This document shows, piece after piece, positions 1-6,827 of a stretch of DNA of 64,000 nt. Location: IMG/VR virus record IMGVR_UViG_3300027702_000001, one strand, 5' to 3'. Below the pieces are notes generated by a model. The model did not search any database. It saw only the letters and a program-made list of their open reading frames with translations, and had not been told where the DNA came from. A program made the position numbers and the translations under genes. This stretch comes from a virus. Position 1 is the stretch's first letter; the number at the start of each line of letters is the position of its first letter.

Positions 1-1856
1 ATGGTCTCCCTCTTCATCTTCATTTTTTGGTCATACGCCGAAACGTACGTCGCGAGTTCCGAGTAACTTTTATCAATGTAGGGTTCAATCTTCTCTTGGC
101 AGATCTTGTCAAGTATCCCCACAACTGCGTCTTTATCGCCACACTTACTACCAAAAAATTTATCAACAAGAGGTCCAAGGTTAAGATAGATTGAGTCAGT
201 GTCAGATGCAATGACATAATCCTCCTTTTCCGTGTTGAGTAAGTTATTTAGGTAATCATTCATACGATTCTCAATCCAACGGATTGAAACCTGACCAGAA
301 AGAGTGATTGCTTCAGCATTCGCTAGGTTAAAATACCTAAAGTATTGGTTACCAATAGCACCATATGCAGAGTTCAATTGAATCTTTCTCGCCATCTGTA
401 TGTTATTGAAGGCAGAAATATCATCCTGTAACTTTTTGTTACCTGTCTTCTCAAATTCTTTCTTCGCTTGAATCATCTTCTTCTTAAAGATCACACGTTC
501 ATCGTAGATCTTCTGCATCATCTTGGGTAGAAATCCTTGGATGTCTTTCCTGTACTGTGCTCTGTTGGCACACACACAGTAATCTCCACTGATTTGTACT
601 TCTCTGTTGAGCAGTCCATCAACACTGGCGGTGGGGTGTCTTGTATCGATGAGGGTCTCAGGCGAAATATTATACTGCATAATGAGATGAGGATACAGAG
701 AGTTAAGGTCAAACGAAACAACCCAATCGTAGAGTCCTGGTTTGGGTTCTTTGACGTATGCTCCTGCGTACTTGTCGTTCTTGGTGCTCTCTTGTCTTGG
801 GGGGACACAGATTTTACGCTCCTTCAGATAGTTGTAGATGAGTGTATCCCACATACGAACCTGAGAATAAACATCCTCGAAGTTTACCTTGGCATCGTAT
901 GCCATCACGACAGCAAGTTCCAGTAGTTTCATCTTGTGTTCAAGACGATCTACTAGTTCAACGTCAATGATGTTGTATTCAACGAACTTCTGCCAGTCAT
1001 CAGTATAGAATGCTTTGAAGTTCTCAAACTCACTGTGATCTAACTTACGTTGATCTAGTTCGACAAACGCAATGTGATCCAGACGATATGATTCCTGATT
1101 GGTATATGTAAACTTTCGGTATAGATCAAGGTAATCCAGAATGCTTACTCCAAGAATGTTGTAGGACAAATTCCTACGACCCTTGATGTAAACCTCACGC
1201 ATATTAACTTTGTTCCAAGGTGATAATGATTTTTGCCACTTCTCACCTAGCACACGTTCAATGCGACGACAGATATAGGGGATGTCGTACAGATTACAAT
1301 TCCAACCAGTCACCACATCAGGAGTGTTCTCTACCCACCAAGAATGGAAGTCAGTCAACATCTCCTGTTCAGTCCAGAAGCAACGATACTCAGTATCAAT
1401 CTTTGCTTCACGGGTTCCCCAAGTGATGAACTTACCACTAGAAAGATCTTTAATAGTAATAAGAAGCATCTCCTCTTGACACGCTTCGGTATCAGGGAAA
1501 CCATTCTCGCAAGCAACCTCGATGTCAATCGTATAGATCTTCATCTGCTCAAGGTTTGCCCTCATATCCTGAGGGTATTTCTCTGAGATCCATTGATATA
1601 CAAATCGTTCGTAACCGTGCACCTCAAAACCTTCAACACCTTTATACTTCTCGATGAACTCACGAGCACGTTTAGCACCGTCTTGTTTGACAGGTGCCAT
1701 CTTCTCGCCATCAAGAGTCCTCCACTTACCTTTCGGTGATGGAACATACAGCGTTGGTTTGATGATTTCCTTATACGAAATAGGGACACCATCCTCATAC
1801 CCTCGGCAGAGAATAGCGTCACCTAGCAGTGTTACGTTTGTATAGACTGAACTCAA
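1..1856 (-). CDS. gp43: DNA polymerase, family B (T4 gp43-like); 3' end runs off the window; probable TTG start
   Basis: Hand translation of the minus strand gives one open frame. It contains exonuclease motifs (IYTIDIE, VVTGWNCNLYDIPY), SFDLNSLYP, GKRKIQLNSAYG and YVIASDTDS. The TTG at 1856-1854 overlaps the upstream TGA. The ORF track misses this gene because there is no stop in the window. Confidence 0.97.
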   Translation of the reverse strand, partial: MSSVYTNVTLLGDAILCRGYEDGVPISYKEIIKPTLYVPSPKGKWRTLDGEKMAPVKQDGAKRAREFIEKYKGVEGFEVHGYERFVYQWISEKYPQDMRANLEQMKIYTIDIEVACENGFPDTEACQEEMLLITIKDLSSGKFITWGTREAKIDTEYRCFWTEQEMLTDFHSWWVENTPDVVTGWNCNLYDIPYICRRIERVLGEKWQKSLSPWNKVNMREVYIKGRRNLSYNILGVSILDYLDLYRKFTYTNQESYRLDHIAFVELDQRKLDHSEFENFKAFYTDDWQKFVEYNIIDVELVDRLEHKMKLLELAVVMAYDAKVNFEDVYSQVRMWDTLIYNYLKERKICVPPRQESTKNDKYAGAYVKEPKPGLYDWVVSFDLNSLYPHLIMQYNISPETLIDTRHPTASVDGLLNREVQISGDYCVCANRAQYRKDIQGFLPKMMQKIYDERVIFKKKMIQAKKEFEKTGNKKLQDDISAFNNIQMARKIQLNSAYGAIGNQYFRYFNLANAEAITLSGQVSIRWIENRMNDYLNNLLNTEKEDYVIASDTDSIYLNLGPLVDKFFGSKCGDKDAVVGILDKICQEKIEPYIDKSYSELATYVSAYDQKMKMKRET

Positions 1857-2089
1857 AGCGCCTTCTTGTAGTTGGTTACGGTCTCTTCAGACGGTTCAAC
1901 TATAGTCAAAACAACGTCGCTTGTCAAGAAGATGTCACGTTGATCTGTGTAGTAGGGATACTTTTCATACTTCCCATCAGTAATCATCATACAGTCAGAG
2001 ATAAGGTATGATGGTTCCTCATCTAGTTCTGTGACTGCACCCATTAGGTGCGTGTGATCCTTAAGAAGGATTAGTTTCAGTGGTTGCAT
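1853..2089 (-). CDS. Hypothetical protein, 78 aa
   Basis: ORF in operon context directly upstream of gp43, with overlapping stop/start junctions. Confidence 0.75.
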   Translation of the reverse strand: MQPLKLILLKDHTHLMGAVTELDEEPSYLISDCMMITDGKYEKYPYYTDQRDIFLTSDVVLTIVEPSEETVTNYKKAL

Positions 2090-2411
2090 TTCCTTTGATA
2101 CAGGTTTTCCATTTCGATTCCACCTCAGGGTGTGGATTGTAGATTGTAGCGACGTTGCTCAATACTACTAGTGTAGCATTATTTTTGGAAAGTGGAATCC
2201 AAGGGAATAGTTCCAAGTTCAAGTCGTTAATTTTTTGTGGTGTTTCTTGGGTACCCTCGAACAACATTTCTGCTGCAGCGTGTAGATTCACTTGATAAGG
2301 ATCCTTCATAAGGTATCCAATAGGGGAATAGGATTTCTCCTCAGGGTACGCTTCTTGAACATCAGCGATTACGTCCTCGCCATTGATCATTCTTACGATT
2401 TTTACGGTCAT
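2061..2411 (-). CDS. Hypothetical protein, 116 aa, small beta-rich fold
   Basis: N-terminal VKIVRMINGEDVIADV motif of the type common in small T4-like phage proteins; lies in the gp43 operon. Confidence 0.8.
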   Translation of the reverse strand: MTVKIVRMINGEDVIADVQEAYPEEKSYSPIGYLMKDPYQVNLHAAAEMLFEGTQETPQKINDLNLELFPWIPLSKNNATLVVLSNVATIYNPHPEVESKWKTCIKGNATTETNPS

Positions 2412-2601
2412 AATTTTCAGTTAGGGTATTGTAAACACCACGAACAATGTTTGCGAATGACTTATGTACATCCACATTATGTTCATCGTTAATCATTCTA
2501 GCATATCCTAGAACCTCGTCAACATATCTGGTTGGAACATCGAGTGTGATCGATTCATAATCGTCGCTCCCCCTCGGAGCGCAGTTCACATAGTGATTCA
2601 T
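2362..2601 (-). CDS. Hypothetical protein, 79 aa
   Basis: ATG at 2601 is preceded by a GGAG Shine-Dalgarno; co-oriented with its neighbours. Confidence 0.7.
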   Translation of the reverse strand: MNHYVNCAPRGSDDYESITLDVPTRYVDEVLGYARMINDEHNVDVHKSFANIVRGVYNTLTENYDRKNRKNDQWRGRNR

Positions 2602-2616
2602 AAAAAAACTCCATAG

Positions 2617-2639
2617 AAAAAGAGACCCGAAGGTCTCTT
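2617..2639 (-). terminator. cUUCGg hairpin: intrinsic terminator or leader stem-loop
   Basis: Minus strand reads AAGAGACC-TTCG-GGTCTCTT-TTT: a perfect 8-bp stem followed by a short U-tract. Confidence 0.7.
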
Positions 2640-2658
2640 CTGTTGTACATTATGTATG

Positions 2659-2835
2659 CTACCAGTCATCAGCATATGTTGAGCAGTCATTCTTATTACA
2701 GTATTGTTTCACCCAACCGTGAACATCAGTTTCGTAATGAAGATGTGCTTTTGTATGAACAAACTCAATGAACCCTAAGGACCCACCAATGATTAAAATC
2801 ATATGGACTATTGGGTTCGATAGCAATTTTTTCAT
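2659..2835 (-). CDS. Small membrane protein, 58 aa (absent from ORF track)
   Basis: Hand translation gives MKKLLSNPIVHMILIIGGSLGFIEFVHTKAHLHYETDVHGWVKQYCNKNDCSTYADDW*. It has one N-terminal hydrophobic segment and fills the gap after hsp20. Confidence 0.6.
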   Translation of the reverse strand: MKKLLSNPIVHMILIIGGSLGFIEFVHTKAHLHYETDVHGWVKQYCNKNDCSTYADDW

Positions 2836-2847
2836 TTGTCATAGCGA

Positions 2848-3288
2848 CTACTCAATATTATATACCTTTCTCTTGTGACTGTCAGGTACAATTTTATTAA
2901 GTTCTATGGTCAAAAGACCATCTTTGTAATCGACGCTGCCAAGTTTTACATCATCAGAGAGTGTGAATGTCCTTGCAAAGGTACGTTTCGCTACACCTTT
3001 GTGTAGGTATCCTCTGTGGTCATCGTTCTTCTCTTTGACTGTCCTGATTGATAGGACGTTAGTTTCTGTTGCGACCTCGAACTCATCCTTTCTGAATCCT
3101 GCTAGTGCTACTTCGATCTTCCATTTAGTTTCTGACTCTTTGATCAGGTTGTATGGAGGGTAGGATTTTGTCTCGTGATCTGCTAGTGCTCTTGACTCTA
3201 GTCTGTGAAAGATATTGTCGAGTCCGACTGAGTATGACCTAGATGCCTGTAAGATTTTATCTAGATCACTTGATGTGAATTGATTCAT
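2848..3288 (-). CDS. hsp20: Small heat-shock protein (alpha-crystallin/Hsp20 family)
   Basis: Motifs YPPYNLIK, IEVALAGF, YLHKGVAKRTFARTFTLSD and DGLLTIEL. The ATG at 3288 has an AAGGAG SD 8 nt upstream, so it is preferred over the track's 3339 GTG. Confidence 0.95.
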   Translation of the reverse strand: MNQFTSSDLDKILQASRSYSVGLDNIFHRLESRALADHETKSYPPYNLIKESETKWKIEVALAGFRKDEFEVATETNVLSIRTVKEKNDDHRGYLHKGVAKRTFARTFTLSDDVKLGSVDYKDGLLTIELNKIVPDSHKRKVYNIE

Positions 3289-3342
3289 TTGTACTGCTCC
3301 TTTAAAGCGAGAGTTTGGTGTTGTCCCCGAAGGCGACACAAT

Positions 3343-3350
3343 TATTTATA
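3343..3350 (-). promoter_or_regulatory. T4-type late promoter TATAAATA upstream of hsp20
   Basis: Exact T4 gp55 consensus on the minus strand, about 55 nt before the hsp20 ATG. Confidence 0.8.
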
Positions 3351-3410
3351 GTCATAGCAATGGATCACAGGTACGGTTAAAACGGTATCATATGTACAGT
3401 TTTCTCGACG

Positions 3411-3417
3411 CTAAATA
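3411..3417 (+). promoter_or_regulatory. Late-promoter-like CTAAATA upstream of the plus-strand cassette
   Basis: CTAAATA lies about 30 nt before the ATG at 3449. The same variant precedes gp18 (33824-33830) and the prohead-core gene (28625-28631). Confidence 0.6.
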
Positions 3418-3448
3418 GGCTAGATGAATTAATTACCTATTTAAAAAG

Positions 3449-3949
3449 ATGAAAAGAGCAGCGATGCTTTTCGTAATGACTTTGATGACGGCACCTGCAT
3501 ATGCCGATGTTACACATAAACTATCTTCTTCAGTGCAACTCACAGTTGATGCAGCGGCAACCAATGTTCAACGTGTTGGGTCAACTTATAGTATTAGTGG
3601 AAACAATGTGACCACACAATACACACCTCAAGGTGGAAGTGCTACATCATCTATTGGTAGTCTTACAGTCTCATCAGGCGTTGGAGCGATTCCAACGTTG
3701 TCAGCGACCCAAGCGACTGCAGGGGAAAGTTTCAGCTTTACTCAGTCATTCTATCAAGGGGACGCTTTAGGTGGTGCTGCACCGACTGTTGGTGAAGTAC
3801 ATAACTTCAGTAACCAGACATCGACTGCTGCTGGATCTGCTGGATCTCTTGCTGGTACTGTGGATTCCAGTTCAACCACTGCGGTAACTGCTGGTGGAGC
3901 GGGTACAAGTGCTGTGGGTCAATTTGTCAGCGAAATCACCATCCGATAA
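3449..3949 (+). CDS. Exported S/T/G/A-rich protein A, 166 aa
   Basis: Sec signal peptide MKRAAMLFVMTLMTAPAYA|D. The mature part is nearly uncharged and beta-strand-like. Confidence 0.85.
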   Translation: MKRAAMLFVMTLMTAPAYADVTHKLSSSVQLTVDAAATNVQRVGSTYSISGNNVTTQYTPQGGSATSSIGSLTVSSGVGAIPTLSATQATAGESFSFTQSFYQGDALGGAAPTVGEVHNFSNQTSTAAGSAGSLAGTVDSSSTTAVTAGGAGTSAVGQFVSEITIR

Positions 3950-4384
3950 ATGAAAAGAATAGTTGCTACATTGGCACTGTTATCTTTCGCTGGAACTCCA
4001 GTGATAGCAGTGCCTGTAGTGCCTAATTTCACTCAAGGATCGATGACGTCTCACACTGAGACTACTTCTAAGGTGACTGAGACAATAAATTCTATGGACT
4101 ATGCTACTGGTTGGGTTTACTCAGTAAGTGGTACAAATGTAAAACACGATGGTTCATCTATGACACCAGGTGTCAGTGAACAATCTCAAACTATTGATGG
4201 TGTGACTTCAAAATGGACAGGATTAAACGTAAATCAAAAACCAAACTGGACCCAAAATCAAGTGGGCAATGCATTCCAGTTCACAGAAACTTATTCTGGA
4301 CCAGGACTCCAGAATCAAACAATTATTCAGAGGGTAACAGAGGTAACAAGCGTCACAGACACAACCTCAATCTTCCAACAATAG
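3950..4384 (+). CDS. Exported T/S/Q-rich protein B, 144 aa
   Basis: Signal peptide MKRIVATLALLSFAGTPVIA|VPVVPNF. The ATG directly follows the stop of gene A. Confidence 0.85.
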   Translation: MKRIVATLALLSFAGTPVIAVPVVPNFTQGSMTSHTETTSKVTETINSMDYATGWVYSVSGTNVKHDGSSMTPGVSEQSQTIDGVTSKWTGLNVNQKPNWTQNQVGNAFQFTETYSGPGLQNQTIIQRVTEVTSVTDTTSIFQQ

Positions 4385-5274
4385 GAGCACTTACCTTTGC
4401 ACTACTTGCACCACAGATAGCACACGCATCTGATATTGGTGGTGTGTCTGCTACTGCATCTCCAATCGCGAATAGTTCAGGCTCAGTGACCAATCAGGCA
4501 ATTCAGGTTTTACAAGGTCCATATATTACTAATACTTATGGGGGTGGTATTCAATGTCAAGGTAGTACACTTAACATCACACCATTTGTCACTGGTAGTG
4601 CATCTGGACAGAAACCTTGGGAAGATGAATGGTGGGATAATGTATATGATATGCGTGATCAAGAAGGTGCTACTGATGTAAATGGTGCTGTTACAGGAGA
4701 TGGAGTGCCCGATAATCCAGGAAATATTTTATATAAAGTTCCTGTAAGAACAGGACAGAAGGATACATATAACCTATCTCTTGGTGTAAGTGCTACGTGG
4801 TCTATTCCACTTGATAAGAAAGCACAAAACGATTGTAAGAGAGCAGCAGAAACACAGAATGATATGCAGAGACAACTGATTGCTAACAAGCGATTAGATT
4901 TTGAGATCGCGAGATTAAAAAATTGTGGTGAATTGATTCAGAAGGGAATCACCTTCCACCCCAAGTCACCTTATTATGCAATATGTGCCGACGTTATGGT
5001 GAACAACGTGTCATATATCAAACCACACGTACATTCAGTTGAACAAAAATCTACCTCTTCTTCATCTTCCTCAGTTCGCGAAGTGCCCGTGTCCTCATCC
5101 GCTGATGATCTCGGCGGTCCCTTTGAGATTGGAGACGTGGAGTCTTTCCAAGAGCAATCGAAATCTTCGTTATCGTCTTCTTCACAACAGGTTTCACCAC
5201 TTTCAAAAGAAGATCAACAATCGGTTTTGCGAGCAGTGCAGAGGTGGCAGCGACAGCAGCAATCGAACCAGTAG
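4213..5274 (+). CDS. Exported protein C with an amphipathic beta-hairpin and long helix (candidate outer-membrane protein); start uncertain
   Basis: Signal-like segment KRHRHNLNLPTIGALTFALLAPQIAHA|S. Strictly alternating strand YNLSLGVSATWSIPL. Four Cys in the mature part. The only canonical start is the ATG at 4213, inside gene B. Confidence 0.8.
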   Translation: MDRIKRKSKTKLDPKSSGQCIPVHRNLFWTRTPESNNYSEGNRGNKRHRHNLNLPTIGALTFALLAPQIAHASDIGGVSATASPIANSSGSVTNQAIQVLQGPYITNTYGGGIQCQGSTLNITPFVTGSASGQKPWEDEWWDNVYDMRDQEGATDVNGAVTGDGVPDNPGNILYKVPVRTGQKDTYNLSLGVSATWSIPLDKKAQNDCKRAAETQNDMQRQLIANKRLDFEIARLKNCGELIQKGITFHPKSPYYAICADVMVNNVSYIKPHVHSVEQKSTSSSSSSVREVPVSSSADDLGGPFEIGDVESFQEQSKSSLSSSSQQVSPLSKEDQQSVLRAVQRWQRQQQSNQ

Positions 5275-5821
5275 TAACTATTAGTCCTGCATTAGGAATG
5301 TTCTCTGTTATCTGCTGAGTCACAGTCAAAGGTTCAGTAACCTCAATACATTCTTTACCGACAAGTTCGTACGCAACTATCTTCTTATTACCCTGTAGGA
5401 TCTTTCCTATGGGGTTTTTTAATTCTTGTGTCCTAGTAGGACATTCTGTACTAGGGATGTCTGGTACCTTTGTCTCTGGTACATTCAGTTCTGGTTGATC
5501 ATTCTCAAACTTAGGTGGCACTACAGGAGGTGCCTCAAACTTTAGATCATCCTTGTTATAGTCCATCGCACTATAGGATGGTACACCTGCATCACAATAT
5601 ATCCTTGCTCCACTATCATCGTCAGCAACTAAGTTACTATTCTTACCATCATCAGATGGATGTGCTTCTACACACCCAGGCATATCAACAATAGGTACTC
5701 CCACCTGTGTAGTTGCAGGTGCATAGATTGGGATTGCTTGAGGTACACTATTGATCCAGTCGTAATTCTGAATCTCAGGTATCTCCAGTTCCCTCACTCC
5801 GATCTCTGGAATCTCTGTCAT
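5051..5821 (-). CDS. Membrane protein, about 256 aa: Pro/acidic N-domain with 4 Cys, C-terminal hydrophobic segment and basic tail
   Basis: Long ORF with LIVTTGSIAAVAATSALLAKPIVDLLLKVV followed by an R/K-rich tail. ATG 5821 is preferred to GTG 5857. Confidence 0.8.
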   Translation of the reverse strand: MTEIPEIGVRELEIPEIQNYDWINSVPQAIPIYAPATTQVGVPIVDMPGCVEAHPSDDGKNSNLVADDDSGARIYCDAGVPSYSAMDYNKDDLKFEAPPVVPPKFENDQPELNVPETKVPDIPSTECPTRTQELKNPIGKILQGNKKIVAYELVGKECIEVTEPLTVTQQITENIPNAGLIVTTGSIAAVAATSALLAKPIVDLLLKVVKPVVKKTITKISIALGKTPRLQSQRDRRDHQRMRTRALRELRKMKKR

Positions 5822-6035
5822 AATCTGAACTAATGGAAATAGACCAACCGTCTTCACCGAAGACTCCTTCTTCGATTACTCTAGGTAAGTTACGTTCTTT
5901 ATCTCTTTTATCTAGTGCTTTGTGATACTCATCGATCTCTGAGTCGAGTTCGAGATTAAATTTTAGCAGTCTCAACCACATCAAAAGTTTCTCAAGGTAA
6001 TACTTAATTAACTTTTTGAGGAAGGGACCTATCAT
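5775..6035 (-). CDS. Hypothetical protein, up to 86 aa
   Basis: ORF with an ATGA overlap to the upstream gene; the true start may be a later Met. Confidence 0.65.
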   Translation of the reverse strand: MIGPFLKKLIKYYLEKLLMWLRLLKFNLELDSEIDEYHKALDKRDKERNLPRVIEEGVFGEDGWSISISSDYDRDSRDRSEGTGDT

Positions 6036-6586
6036 TCAGTCATCTCCTCTTCGCAGTCATTCAGACTGAGAGCAATCTCTCCACCAATGTCTGCACCTTT
6101 GTTACCACCAAATAGAGCAACACCACCTGCGAGGATTGGACCAACAAACGGTATGCCTGATAAGGCAGGAGCAGCAGCGGCACCCATACTAGCGCCTACT
6201 ATTGCACCGCTTTGTTCTCCACCACCTTCCGCCTTGATACATTCTAGTTTCTTGGCAGTTAACTTTCCCACTCCGTCAGCGGAATTACCTCCCAGATGAA
6301 GAGATCCATCCATAGTGTATTGATTTGACTTTCTGATATTAGTTTTACCACCAATACCAAAGAATCCATTCTTCTTGTCAACGTATGTATCTTTACTCAT
6401 CACCTTTGGATCATTACCTTTGTAACTAATCCGATAACCATCTTCTGATACATATGCATCATAAGAACTATAGGGTCCTACTGGAGGATTTAATGTTGGA
6501 AGTGTTTGTTTGTTTGCAATCAGACCGATCATTCCGATGTGTGCTACACCGAATAATACACCTGCACTAACAGCGAACCATTTCAT
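6032..6586 (-). CDS. Membrane protein, 184 aa, with an N-terminal TM/signal and a C-terminal glycine-zipper hairpin flanked by Cys
   Basis: N-terminus MKWFAVSAGVLFGVAHIGMIGLIA; GxxxG repeats in GAIVGASMGAAAAPALSGIPFVGPILAGGVALFGGNKGADIGG. Confidence 0.85.
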   Translation of the reverse strand: MKWFAVSAGVLFGVAHIGMIGLIANKQTLPTLNPPVGPYSSYDAYVSEDGYRISYKGNDPKVMSKDTYVDKKNGFFGIGGKTNIRKSNQYTMDGSLHLGGNSADGVGKLTAKKLECIKAEGGGEQSGAIVGASMGAAAAPALSGIPFVGPILAGGVALFGGNKGADIGGEIALSLNDCEEEMTE

Positions 6587-6825
6587 TACATTCCTGGGAT
6601 AGATGGTTTAATTGGGGGCATCGCAGGACCACTAACATCAGGAATCATATCGTCCATCATATCAGGAACGATTCCACCTACTGCTTCGACAACCAAATTG
6701 GTTAGTCTTTCTCTTGCCTGTTCTGCAACCTTGTCTCTGTTGGCGTAACCATAAACTAAAGCGCCAGTAACTACACCAGCGAACACAAAGTTAACTACAA
6801 CGAGTCCGTTAATAATTTTTTGCAT
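6586..6825 (-). CDS. Bitopic membrane protein, 79 aa
   Basis: TM segment IINGLVVVNFVFAGVVTGALVYGYA, then a short amphipathic helix and a Pro-rich tail; TAATG coupling to the next gene. Confidence 0.8.
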   Translation of the reverse strand: MQKIINGLVVVNFVFAGVVTGALVYGYANRDKVAEQARERLTNLVVEAVGGIVPDMMDDMIPDVSGPAMPPIKPSIPGM

Positions 6826-6827
6826 AA

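Noticed and set aside
20-1845. Many short ORFs on both strands suggesting a fragmented or frameshifted region
   Set aside because: Hand translation shows one continuous minus-strand gp43 frame from 1856 off the window edge. The short ORFs are alternate-frame or antisense shadows.
3385-3397. Canonical NtcA box
   Set aside because: The spacer is 7 nt rather than 8, so it is kept only as an unassigned palindrome.
4213-4384. Programmed -1 frameshift fusing B to C
   Set aside because: I found no canonical slippery heptamer in B's frame, and a fusion would bury C's signal peptide internally.
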